From Elusimicrobiota bacterium (GTDB lineage Bacteria > Elusimicrobiota > Elusimicrobia > UBA1565 > UBA9628): a stretch of DNA of 64,000 nt. The stretch lies in contig JBBQVX010000001.1 in NCBI GenBank assembly GCA_038211115.1, positions 19,900 to 83,899 on the forward strand. Direction: 5' to 3'. Every line of letters starts with the position of its first letter. The stretch's first letter is position 1. Positions 7,645-15,863 of the stretch are shown in pieces. The translations under genes were made by a program, and so were the position numbers. The notes beneath the pieces are model-generated. The model was given only the letters and a program-made list of their open reading frames with translations. It did not search any database and was not told where the DNA came from.

Positions 7645-8858
7645 CGGGGGGGCGCCGGAGCGGGCAGGAGGCGGAAGCTGACGCCGTCGTAGGGCGTCGC
7701 GGAATTCTCGCGCGCGGCGAAGGGCATCAGGCGCGTGAGCTCGGCGGCGGCCTTCGCGGGAGAGAGATCGCGGGAGAGGATCAGGTCGAGGTACATGAAG
7801 TCGGTGATGGCGCTCGCGGCCCAGTCCACCGGCTGGGCGAAGCCCGAGACGGGGAAGCGCGCGCCCGGACCGGCCAGGCGCTGGAGCTCCGCGGGAACGG
7901 AGCCTTTCATCACGTCGCACGAGCCGAAGTGCGCGAGCATGACGTTGCCGCCGGCCTTCATCGGGGCGGCGAGAATTTCCGCGGTCGCGGGCCCCGACTC
8001 CGTCTCGAGGCCCTCCGGGGTTCCGTGGCCCGAGAAATAGAGGACGACGGGCTCGGCAAGCAGGGACGCCTCCCGCATCCATTTGACCAGGCTCGCCCGG
8101 TCGGTGTAGAAGCGCTGGCGGACCTGCACGCTCGGCGTGCGCGTGAAGAAGATCTTCAGCATCTCGCCGAACGTGTACTCGGGCTCGGCCAGGCTCAACT
8201 CCCAGCGCGACTCGAGGACGACGAGCCACTTGCGGCCGGCGACGGGCTCCACGCGCAGACCCGTCCAGTCGCTCCAGTCCTTGTCGCCGTCGGCGCGCCA
8301 GCGGCCGCGCAGCGCGCGGCCGTTCTGCGCGAGGCTGAACTCGCCTTCGCCTTCCTTCTGATCCTTATATCGGAACTTGAGCGCGCCGTTCTCGACCCGG
8401 CCCGCCAGCGTTCCGTCGGCGAACGCGTAGTAGCCGTTGAACCGCGCGCCGTCGCCCGACAGGCGCATGCGGCCGAAGTTGGTCTCCCACAGGCCGTTGA
8501 AGGCGGCCGCGGCCTCGGGCAGCTCGCGGCGGCGTCCGCGCCAAGGGATGAACGCCGACGCGCCCTTCGCGCGCCACTCGCCCTCGAAGGATTTTCCGTC
8601 GACGGAGAGCCGGAAGCGGCCCTCGCCGGACGCGTCCGGCTCGCGGTAGATGAACGTCAAGGTTCCGTTCTCGGACTTGCCGGCGAGCGCGCACACCGAG
8701 CCTTCCGTGATGTAGGTGCCGGTGACGGAGGACGACGACTCCGTCAAGGTCATGTCGCCGTAGGTCGTGGCCCAATCGCCGGAGAAGCCGGATTCCGCGG
8801 CGGCGGAAACAACGGCCGAGCACGAAAGAACGAGCGCCAGCGTCAGGAAGCGCGTCAT
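7641..8858 (-). CDS. Secreted protein: signal peptide, two N-terminal repeats and a C-terminal clan-CD (caspase/gingipain)-like His-Cys domain
   Basis: Signal peptide MTRFLTLALVLSCSAVVSAAA. Repeats FSGDWATTYGDMTL...GEWRAKG and FNGLWETNFGRMRL...GRWRADG. VVLYFSGHG and MLAHFGSC each follow a hydrophobic strand. Confidence 0.7.
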   Translation of the reverse strand: MTRFLTLALVLSCSAVVSAAAESGFSGDWATTYGDMTLTESSSSVTGTYITEGSVCALAGKSENGTLTFIYREPDASGEGRFRLSVDGKSFEGEWRAKGASAFIPWRGRRRELPEAAAAFNGLWETNFGRMRLSGDGARFNGYYAFADGTLAGRVENGALKFRYKDQKEGEGEFSLAQNGRALRGRWRADGDKDWSDWTGLRVEPVAGRKWLVVLESRWELSLAEPEYTFGEMLKIFFTRTPSVQVRQRFYTDRASLVKWMREASLLAEPVVLYFSGHGTPEGLETESGPATAEILAAPMKAGGNVMLAHFGSCDVMKGSVPAELQRLAGPGARFPVSGFAQPVDWAASAITDFMYLDLILSRDLSPAKAAAELTRLMPFAARENSATPYDGVSFRLLPAPAPPR

Positions 8859-8864
8859 CGCGCG

Positions 8865-8877
8865 ATTATCCTATCAT
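8865..8877. promoter_or_regulatory. Back-to-back -10 boxes in a 30-bp divergent intergenic region
   Basis: On the minus strand, GATAAT (8865-8870) lies 6 nt from ATG 8858. On the plus strand, TATCAT (8872-8877) lies 11 nt from ATG 8889. Confidence 0.35.
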
Positions 8878-8888
8878 ACGCGCAAGCC

Positions 8889-9629
8889 ATGGCCAAACGC
8901 GAGCGGCTGGACCTCCTGCTGGTGGAAAAAGGTTTGTTCGGCACACGCACCAAGGCCCAAGCGGCCATCATGGCCGGCTTGATTTTAATCGACGGAAAGC
9001 CGTCCGCCGGCAAAGCCGGCGAAATGATCGCCCAAGACGCCGTTTTGTCGTTGAAAGCGGATCCATGCCCGTATGTCTCGCGCGGAGGGCTGAAACTAAA
9101 GGCTGCTCTCGATTCGTTCGCCGTTAGGGCCGAAGGCCGAGTTTGTTTGGACATCGGCGCCTCCACCGGCGGCTTTACCGACTGCCTTCTCCAAGCCGGC
9201 GCGCTTCGCGTCTATGCCATCGACGTCGGCACCGCCCAGCTCGACAGCCGTTTGAAGAAAGACCCGCGCGTCGTCAGCCGCGAACAGACGCACGCGAAGC
9301 TCCTCAAGCCCGCGTGGTTCGATCCGAGGCCGTCCCTCGCCGTCATGGACGTCTCGTTCATCTCCTCGGCGATGGTATTGCCGTTCGTGCTCCCGTGCCT
9401 CGCCGCCCCGTTCGAGTTCATCGTGCTGGTCAAGCCGCAGTTCGAGGTCGGGCCGAAGTTAGCGCCCCAGGGCGTCGTCCGAGATCCCGCCGTCCGTCTC
9501 CAGGCCGTCGAGAAAATCCGGGCGGCGGCGGCGGCGCTCGGCCTCGTCGAGGAAGGGCTCCTCGAGTCGCCCGTCGTCGGCCCCAAGGGCAATCATGAGT
9601 TCCTCCTTTTGCTAAAGTCCCCCTCATGA
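8889..9629 (+). CDS. tlyA: TlyA-family rRNA 2'-O-methyltransferase (hemolysin A family)
   Basis: S4 domain RLDLLLVEKGLFGTRTKAQAAIMAG, YVSRGGLKL, and SAM motif CLDIGASTGGFTDCLLQ. In-frame ATG 8889 within track ORF 7929-9629. Confidence 0.9.
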   Translation: MAKRERLDLLLVEKGLFGTRTKAQAAIMAGLILIDGKPSAGKAGEMIAQDAVLSLKADPCPYVSRGGLKLKAALDSFAVRAEGRVCLDIGASTGGFTDCLLQAGALRVYAIDVGTAQLDSRLKKDPRVVSREQTHAKLLKPAWFDPRPSLAVMDVSFISSAMVLPFVLPCLAAPFEFIVLVKPQFEVGPKLAPQGVVRDPAVRLQAVEKIRAAAAALGLVEEGLLESPVVGPKGNHEFLLLLKSPS

Positions 9630-10171
9630 AAGTCCTCGTCGCCGAAGACGACCGCACGAGCCGCGCGCTGCTGCAGGGCTCCCTGCTCAAGCTCGGCTAC
9701 GAGGTCATCGAGTCGGTCAGCGGCGCCGAAGCCTGGGAAGCGCTGGGGCGGACCGGGGCGCGCATCATCGTCAGCGACTGGGTCATGCCCGACATCGACG
9801 GCCTCGAGCTCTGCCGCCGCGTTCGCGCGCGTAAGGACGCGCCCTACGTCTACTTCATCCTGCTGACGGGCAAGATGCTCGGCGCGGGGCACTACGCTCG
9901 GGCGATGGAGGAGGGGGTCGACGACTTCCTGACGAAGCCGCTCGACGTCGACGCCCTGCGCATCCGCCTGCGCGTGGCCGAGCGCATCGTCCAGCTGACC
10001 GAGCGCGTGCGCACGCTCGAGGGCATCCTGCCGATGTGCGCCTACTGCCGCCGCATCCGCGACGAGCGGGGCGCCTATCAGAGCCTCGAGGACTTCGTCT
10101 CAGACAAGACCCCCGCCCAGTTCTCCCACGGCGTGTGCCCGGAGTGCGCGAAAAAGCACTTCGAGGACTAG
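9626..10171 (+). CDS. Orphan response regulator (REC) with a C-terminal Cys/His motif
   Basis: VLVAEDD...DWVMPDIDGLELCRRVR...ILLTGK receiver, followed by MCAYCRRIRDERGAYQSLEDFVSDKTPAQFSHGVCPEC. Confidence 0.9.
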   Translation: MKVLVAEDDRTSRALLQGSLLKLGYEVIESVSGAEAWEALGRTGARIIVSDWVMPDIDGLELCRRVRARKDAPYVYFILLTGKMLGAGHYARAMEEGVDDFLTKPLDVDALRIRLRVAERIVQLTERVRTLEGILPMCAYCRRIRDERGAYQSLEDFVSDKTPAQFSHGVCPECAKKHFED

Positions 10172-10203
10172 CCTAAATTCGCAAACACGTAACCGAAGCG
10201 ACA

Positions 10204-10232
10204 TTGACGCCCCACGACGCCCCTGTTACAAT
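10204..10232 (+). promoter_or_regulatory. Sigma70-like promoter TTGACG-N17-(TGt)TACAAT, 7 nt before ATG 10240
   Basis: TTGACG at 10204-10209, a 17-nt spacer, TACAAT at 10227-10232 preceded by TGt. The ATG at 10240 starts MRVCLITPP. Confidence 0.55.
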
Positions 10233-10239
10233 GAAAGAG

Positions 10240-11733
10240 ATGCGGGTTTGCCTCATCACGCCCCCCTCAATTTTCCTCCTGGATGAACGGGTCTTCATGA
10301 CCTTGGGCATCCTGCGGGTGGCCGCCGCTTTGGAGGGGGCCGGCCACCAGGTCGAGATGCTCGATCTGTCCGGCATCGAGAACTACGAGGAGGTCATCCG
10401 CCTCCACGCGAAGACGAGCGAGGCCAAGGTGTTCGGCCTGACCGCGACGACCCCCCAGATGCCCGCCGCTTTCCGCGTGACGCAAGCGCTGCGCGGCGCC
10501 CGACCCGACGCGAAGATCCTCCTCGGCGGCCCCCACATCACCCTCATCAACGCGGCCTATAAAGGAGAGCTCGCCCGCAAGGCGCCCGGCCGCGCGGCCA
10601 AGGCGCTCGAGAAGATGCTCGCGACCTACGACGTCCTGGTCCCGGGCGACGGCGAGGAGGCCGTCTTCGAGGCGCTCAAGCCGGACGCGCCGAAGATCGT
10701 CGACGGCGACGACCCTAAAACCGCACTGTTCCTCACGAACCAGAAGCTCAACGAACTCCCGTTCCCGGCCCGTCATCTCGTGGACGCGAAGAGCTACCAC
10801 TATTCGATCGACAACGTGCCCGCGATGAGCCTGATCGCTCAGCTCGGCTGCCCGTTCGCGTGCGGCTTCTGCGGCGGACGCGAGTCGCCGATGCTCCGCC
10901 GCGTGCGCACGCGCAGCACCGAGAACGTGGTCCAGGAGATCGCTCACCTCGCCGACAAGTACGGCACGAAGGGCTTCATGCTGTACGACGACGAGCTCAA
11001 CGTCAACCCGAAGATGGTCGAACTCATGAACGCGATCGCCTCCGAGCAGGAGAAGCGCGGCGTCGAATGGCGCCTGCGCGGGTTCATCAAGTCCCAGCTC
11101 TTCACGGATGCGCAGGCCGAGTCGATGTACCGCGCGGGCTTCCGCTGGATCCTGACCGGCTTCGAGTCGGGCTCCCCGCGGATCCTGCAGAACATCAACA
11201 AGCGCGCGACCCGAGAAGAGAACACGCGCTGCGTCGAGATCGCCAAGCGCCACGGCCTCAAGGTGAAGGCGCTGATGTCGATCGGCCATCCCGGCGAGTC
11301 CGAGCAGACGATCATGGAGACGCGCGACTGGCTGCTCGAAAGCAAGCCCGACGATTTCGACGTCACGATCATCACGACCTATCCCGGCACGCCCTACTAC
11401 GACCGCGCGGTCCAGCACCCGACGATGAAGAACGTCTGGGTGTACACGTACCCTGAGACCGGCGACCGCCTGTACGGCTACGAGGTCGACTACACGCAGG
11501 TCGCCGACTACTATAAAGGCGACCCCGACGGCGGCTACAAGGCCTACGTCTACACCGACCATCTGAGCGCCGCGAAGCTCGTGAGCCTGCGCGACCAAGT
11601 CGAGCGCGAGGTGCGCAAGACGCTGAATATCCCGTTCAACGCGGGACGCCCGGCCCAGCGCTTCGAGCACTCGATGGGCCAACTGCCCGCGACGATCCTC
11701 CGCGCCTCCGCGGCCGCGGCCGCGCGGAGCTGA
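10240..11733 (+). CDS. B12-binding-domain radical SAM protein
   Basis: N-terminal Rossmann-like MRVCLITPPS...LGILRVAAALEGAGHQVEMLDL and CxxxCxxC (CPFACGFC). I prefer the start at ATG 10240 because the track's TTG 10204 coincides with a -35 box. Confidence 0.85.
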   Translation: MRVCLITPPSIFLLDERVFMTLGILRVAAALEGAGHQVEMLDLSGIENYEEVIRLHAKTSEAKVFGLTATTPQMPAAFRVTQALRGARPDAKILLGGPHITLINAAYKGELARKAPGRAAKALEKMLATYDVLVPGDGEEAVFEALKPDAPKIVDGDDPKTALFLTNQKLNELPFPARHLVDAKSYHYSIDNVPAMSLIAQLGCPFACGFCGGRESPMLRRVRTRSTENVVQEIAHLADKYGTKGFMLYDDELNVNPKMVELMNAIASEQEKRGVEWRLRGFIKSQLFTDAQAESMYRAGFRWILTGFESGSPRILQNINKRATREENTRCVEIAKRHGLKVKALMSIGHPGESEQTIMETRDWLLESKPDDFDVTIITTYPGTPYYDRAVQHPTMKNVWVYTYPETGDRLYGYEVDYTQVADYYKGDPDGGYKAYVYTDHLSAAKLVSLRDQVEREVRKTLNIPFNAGRPAQRFEHSMGQLPATILRASAAAAARS

Positions 11734-11735
11734 CC

Positions 11736-12755
11736 GTGCGCCTGCTCCTGATTCCCGACCCGACCTCTCCCAACGGCGAGGACGCTTTCTGCCGCGAGAT
11801 CGTCAAGCGCTCGCCCGCGCGCGGCCATTCGGCGAAGATGCAGATGGCGCCCAACGGGCCGGCCGAGGCCGCGGCGGAGCTGCTGATCTCCCAGGGCTTC
11901 GCGAGCGACTCCGACGTCGTCGTCATCAACAGCCTCCAGCCGGCGGCCCTCCTCGCGGCGAAGAACGCCGGGAAGGCGACCGTCCTGCGCCTGATCGAAT
12001 CCTACGCCGGCGCTTCTCCGGATTCGCTCTCCGAGGTCAAGCGGCTCGCGTCGGCGGCGAACCTGCTCCTGTTGCCGAGCCGGCACATGGCGGGCATCGT
12101 CGCGGGCTGGGGCGTCCCGGAAAGCCGCATGCGGGTGATCCCGTACGCGTACGACCAAATCTTCGCCCAGCAGATCGCGCTCGTGACCGTGCGCTCGTCG
12201 CGCGCGCGCGGCTTCACGGTCGTGACCGCCGGCGTCGTCGACGCGGCGTCGCTTCCCGGCTTCGAGACGGTGCTTTCGGCCGTCGCGCGCCTGCGCATGG
12301 ACGTCCACGTGACCGTAATCGGCGACGGGCCCGCGCTGCCCGCGCTCAAGGAGCGCGCGCAAGCGCTCATGCTCGGCGAGCGCGTGACCTTCCTCGGCGA
12401 GCTGCCGCACGCGAAGAAGATGGAGTACTTCCGCTCCGCGAAAGCGTTCGTCGAGCCGACGGGCCGGCACGGCTTCCCCTCGCTCGCGTTGCACGCGCTG
12501 TCGGAGGGTTGCCCCGTGCTCGGCGTGCGCGCCGGCGCGCTGCCTGAGTTCATCCGCGACGGCGAGAACGGACTGCTCTTCGCTCCGGGCGACGCGGCCG
12601 GCCTCGCAGAGCACATCATCACCTTGAACACGACGCCCGGCCTGTCGCTGCGCCTGATCGCCGAGGGCGTGCGCACCGTCGAGCGCCATTCGTGGAACGC
12701 CACCGTCGCGGCCGCGCTCGACGCCGTCGAGACGCTCGAGGTGAAGGCGAAATGA
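11736..12755 (+). CDS. Glycosyltransferase family 4 (GT-B)
   Basis: C-terminal FVEPTGRHGFPSLALHALSEGCPVLGVRAGALPEFIRDGENGLLF (the E-x7-E region). GTG start. Confidence 0.85.
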   Translation: MRLLLIPDPTSPNGEDAFCREIVKRSPARGHSAKMQMAPNGPAEAAAELLISQGFASDSDVVVINSLQPAALLAAKNAGKATVLRLIESYAGASPDSLSEVKRLASAANLLLLPSRHMAGIVAGWGVPESRMRVIPYAYDQIFAQQIALVTVRSSRARGFTVVTAGVVDAASLPGFETVLSAVARLRMDVHVTVIGDGPALPALKERAQALMLGERVTFLGELPHAKKMEYFRSAKAFVEPTGRHGFPSLALHALSEGCPVLGVRAGALPEFIRDGENGLLFAPGDAAGLAEHIITLNTTPGLSLRLIAEGVRTVERHSWNATVAAALDAVETLEVKAK

Positions 12756-13513
12756 TCTGCGCGCTTCTCGTCGATCCCGACGACAGCATCGACTTCCCCG
12801 GCAACGGCGCCGAGGTCATGGGCCGGCCGCTCGCCGCCTACCCGCTGCTCGCGTCCAAGGCCTCCGATCACGCCCGGCGCATGTACGCGCAGACGAACTC
12901 CGAGCCCGTGCGCCGCACCGCCGTCCAGCTCGGAGCCATCGTGCTCGATCCGCCGCCCGCTCGCACCGACGGCACCAAGCCGACGGACGCGACGCGCGTG
13001 CGCATCGGCTACCGGCAGATCGTCGAGGACCTGAAGGCCGAAAAGGGCGAGCTCGAGCTGCTCGTGCTCCTGTTCGCGAACACCGGCGCGGTGAGCACAC
13101 CGCTGATCGACGCGGGCGTGACGGCCCTACTCGACGACCCGAAGCTCGACTCCGCCGCGACGGTTTCCCCCTACCATCGCTGGAACCCGCGGCGCGCGTT
13201 CCGCGAGGGCAAGGACGGCCGGCTGGTCCCCTACGCCGAATGCCTGCCGGAGGCCGGGTCGCCGTGGTTCCCCGACTGGGGCGCGGCGATCCTGCGGCCG
13301 CGCGTCCTCGAGACGATGAACGCCGACTCGCCGGACCTCGCGTGGCTCGGCGAGAAGATCCTGCCCCTCAAGCAGGCCGGCGGCGGGCCCGTCGATTATC
13401 AGTGGCAGGTGCCGAAGATGGAATACTGGCTTAAGAAGCAGGGCGTGCGCGACTCGCCGCGCCCCGAGCCGATGCCGAAGCTCGCCCCCGCGCCGAAGCC
13501 CGACCGGAGATGA
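12752..13513 (+). CDS. Cytidylyltransferase-family (CMP-NulO synthetase-like) protein with a degenerate N-terminal signature
   Basis: Fold-like collinearity (GRPLAAYPLL, LLVLLFANTGAVS, ATVSPYHRWNP). The usual ARGGSK-type loop reads DPDDSIDFPGNG. ATGA overlap with the upstream gene. Confidence 0.6.
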   Translation: MICALLVDPDDSIDFPGNGAEVMGRPLAAYPLLASKASDHARRMYAQTNSEPVRRTAVQLGAIVLDPPPARTDGTKPTDATRVRIGYRQIVEDLKAEKGELELLVLLFANTGAVSTPLIDAGVTALLDDPKLDSAATVSPYHRWNPRRAFREGKDGRLVPYAECLPEAGSPWFPDWGAAILRPRVLETMNADSPDLAWLGEKILPLKQAGGGPVDYQWQVPKMEYWLKKQGVRDSPRPEPMPKLAPAPKPDRR

Positions 13514-15144
13514 TCCCCCGACTCCTCGCGTTCAGCCTGGCGCTCGGCGGGCTGCGCGACGCGCGCCTGTTCGCCGCCGCGGGCGCGGCCGCCTGGGCCG
13601 CCGTTTGGCTCGAGCGCCCGCCGCTGGGCCCCGCGACGCAGTGGTTGCCGTGGCTCGGCTGGGCGCTGCTCTCCACGCTGGTCTGCGCCCAGCCGCTCGC
13701 GGGCCTGCCGGTCCTCGCGAGATGGTCCGCGGTCCTCGCGTGCGCGTCGCTCGCGGCCGCGTGGACGACGCGCGAGCGCGAGGACTGGCTCCGGTCTTTC
13801 CTCGTCGTCGCCGCGGGCGTCGCGGCGGCGGCCCTCGCGACGGGCGCCCGCTACGATTTCCGCAACGAGATGACGGGACTCATCCCGCCTTATTACAACT
13901 ACACGGCCTTCGTGCTGGCCGCCGCCGCCGCCGCCGCCGCCGCCTGGGCGCTGCACCCAAAAGGCGCGCGCGGCACGGATCGCAAAGCCGCCGGCTTCAT
14001 GACCGCGCTGGCGCTACTGTGCCTTTTCCTCTCCCGCTCGCGCGGAGCGTGGCTGGGGCTCGGAGCCGCCGCGGCCGTCTGGTCGGCGCGGCGCTTCGGC
14101 GCGCGCGCGCTGGCCGGAGCGGCCCTCGCTTCAGCGCTGTTCGGGGGCGCGCTCGCCGCGGGTCTGCTGCCGCCCTCCGTCGAAGACATTTTCTTTAAGA
14201 AGTACCGCCTTCACGCCGAGGCGCGACCGCGCCTCTGGCGCGCCGCCGCGGCCGTCGCGTCGGACCATCCCTGGCTCGGCGAGGGCCCGGGAAGCTTCGC
14301 CGTCGGCTTCCGGCGCCACCCCGTGCCGCTCGAGGACGGCGCGACGCGCTGGTCGCTGAGCACGAGCTACGCGCACAGTGAGCCGCTCCAGGCCGCGGCC
14401 GAGACCGGCTGGGCGGGCCTGGCGCTGTGGCTGCTCGGCGCGGGCGCGGCGTTGCGCGCGTTGTTGCGACGCGCGGATCACGATCCCGTCCGAGAGGCCG
14501 CGGCCGCGGCCGCCGCCGCGATGACGGCGCAGCTCGCGATCGACAACATGCTGCAGATTCCCGCGCTCGCCGCGCTCTGGCTCTCCGCGCTGGCCGTCGC
14601 GGGCGCAGCGCCCGGCGTTCGACGCTGGCCGCGCGCGGCCGTCCTCGCCGGCGGGCTCCTCGCCTCGGTCGCGTGGATTCCCGGCACTCTGGCCGGCGTC
14701 TCGCCCGCGTACGCCGCCGCGGTCTTCCCCGCCGAGCCCGGACCCCGGGAGGACCTGGCCTACGCGGCCAAGACGCCCGCCGACGCGGCGGCCCGCTGGA
14801 CGCAAGCGCGCGAGCGCGAGCCGTTCAACGCGATCCATCCCTGGCGCCTGGCGCAGCTCGCGTGCGCGTCCCGTCGATGGGCCGAATGCGAGAGCCTGGC
14901 CGAAAGCGCGCTCGAGCTCGAGCCGGGCTTCATGAACGCGCGGCTCACGCGGGCCGAGGCCCTGGCCCGCCTCGGCCGTCTCAAGGACGCGCGCGAGGCG
15001 CTCGACGAATTCCGGGAAACGCGTGCCACGAGAAGCGACGCGGCGCGGAACTCCGGCTACGAAAAAGCCGTCGTGACCTTCGACCGCCGCGACTACGACC
15101 GGGTCGCCGCTCTCGCTGGCCGCCCGCCGCTGGAGCCGCGATGA
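13510..15144 (+). CDS. O-antigen ligase/polymerase-like (Wzy_C) membrane protein with a C-terminal TPR region
   Basis: Polytopic, with the Wzy_C-type segment FLSRSRGAWLGLGAAAAVWS and TPR-like helices near the C-terminus (ALELEPGFMNARLTRAEALARLGRLKDAREAL). Confidence 0.8.
   Translation: MIPRLLAFSLALGGLRDARLFAAAGAAAWAAVWLERPPLGPATQWLPWLGWALLSTLVCAQPLAGLPVLARWSAVLACASLAAAWTTREREDWLRSFLVVAAGVAAAALATGARYDFRNEMTGLIPPYYNYTAFVLAAAAAAAAAWALHPKGARGTDRKAAGFMTALALLCLFLSRSRGAWLGLGAAAAVWSARRFGARALAGAALASALFGGALAAGLLPPSVEDIFFKKYRLHAEARPRLWRAAAAVASDHPWLGEGPGSFAVGFRRHPVPLEDGATRWSLSTSYAHSEPLQAAAETGWAGLALWLLGAGAALRALLRRADHDPVREAAAAAAAAMTAQLAIDNMLQIPALAALWLSALAVAGAAPGVRRWPRAAVLAGGLLASVAWIPGTLAGVSPAYAAAVFPAEPGPREDLAYAAKTPADAAARWTQAREREPFNAIHPWRLAQLACASRRWAECESLAESALELEPGFMNARLTRAEALARLGRLKDAREALDEFRETRATRSDAARNSGYEKAVVTFDRRDYDRVAALAGRPPLEPR
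13918..13944 (+). repeat. (GCC)9 trinucleotide repeat encoding poly-Ala inside the O-antigen-ligase-like gene
   Basis: Nine consecutive in-frame GCC codons (VLAAAAAAAAAWAL). Confidence 0.9.
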
Positions 15145-15845
15145 AGCCCATCATGCGCGTCTGCCCCGACAAGGCGGCCCTCGACCGCGCGGCCGCGCGG
15201 CTGATCGTGAAGTTCCTGACCGAAGCGCACGCGGCGAGACGCGCGCCCGTCGCCTTGGCGCTCGCCGGCGGCGGCACGCCCCGCGGCGTCTACGAGCTGC
15301 TGGCGTCGCCCGAGTTCTCGGCGCTCGTCCCCTGGTCCGAGGTCGACGTCTATTGGACGGACGAGCGCTGCGTGCCGCCGGAGCATCCGGACAGCAACTA
15401 CGGCATGGCGGAGCGCGCGCTGCTGTCGAAAGTCCCCGTCTCCCCGGCGCGCGTCCACCGCATCCAAGGCGAGCTCGGCCCGGAGAAGGCGGCCCTGCTG
15501 TACGACGCCGAGCTGCGGCGGCTGGGCCGGGGGTGCGACGCGGCCGTCCTCGGCGTCGGCGCGGACGGGCACACGGCCTCGCTCTTCCCGGGAGACGCGG
15601 CGCTCGAGGAGCGGACCGCCTGGGCGGCGGCGGCCTCCTCCCCCGGCGGGCCGAGAGTGACCATGACCTTTCCGTACCTGAATCTCGCCGAGCGCGTCCT
15701 GGTCCTGGCAAGCGGAGCGGAAAAAGCGAAGCCGGTCGACGCCGCGACGCGCGGCGCCTTCGGCGCCTACCCCGTGCTGCGGCTGATCCCCAAGACGCCA
15801 GCACTCTGGCTCGTGGATCAAGAAGCGGCCGACCTTTCTCGGTGA
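15141..15845 (+). CDS. pgl: 6-phosphogluconolactonase / NagB-family sugar-phosphate enzyme
   Basis: LALAGGGTPRGVYELL, WSEVDVYWTDERCVPPEHPDSNYG and GVGADGHTASLFPG. Confidence 0.8.
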   Translation: MKPIMRVCPDKAALDRAAARLIVKFLTEAHAARRAPVALALAGGGTPRGVYELLASPEFSALVPWSEVDVYWTDERCVPPEHPDSNYGMAERALLSKVPVSPARVHRIQGELGPEKAALLYDAELRRLGRGCDAAVLGVGADGHTASLFPGDAALEERTAWAAAASSPGGPRVTMTFPYLNLAERVLVLASGAEKAKPVDAATRGAFGAYPVLRLIPKTPALWLVDQEAADLSR

Positions 15846-15847
15846 AA

Positions 15848-15856
15848 TGCTAGAAT
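15848..15856 (+). promoter_or_regulatory. Extended -10 TGcTAGAAT, 7 nt before ATG 15864 (rfbF)
   Basis: Read directly from the sequence: tgctagaat ttccctc atg, in the 18-nt gap after pgl. Confidence 0.45.
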
Positions 15857-15863
15857 TTCCCTC

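Noticed and set aside
7645-8229. The N-terminal extension of track ORF 6766-8229 (487 aa) upstream of the FolD-like domain
   Set aside because: The extension overlaps the secreted-protein gene in another frame and is Arg/Pro-rich. FolD similarity starts right after ATG 7644, which forms an ATGA overlap with the upstream stop.
9611-9618. TGcTAAAGT as an independent promoter for the response regulator
   Set aside because: It lies inside the tlyA coding region, and the regulator is also ATGA-coupled to tlyA. It may be coincidental, so I list it in the leaderless pattern only as a weaker case.
10204-10239. TTG 10204 as the start of the B12-radical SAM gene, and likewise TTG 56378 and TTG 39219 for their genes
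   Set aside because: At 10204 and 56378 the TTG is the first half of a -35 hexamer, spaced 17 nt from a -10 box that lies inside the proposed extension. At 39219 the TTG lies just upstream of, and overlaps, the extended -10 element (39210-39218). The downstream ATGs lie 7-8 nt after the -10 boxes.
13918-13944. The (GCC)9 repeat as a phase-variation switch
   Set aside because: The unit length is 3 nt and it is in frame (poly-Ala in a membrane segment). Slippage would change length, not reading frame. Similar Ala runs are common in this GC-rich genome.
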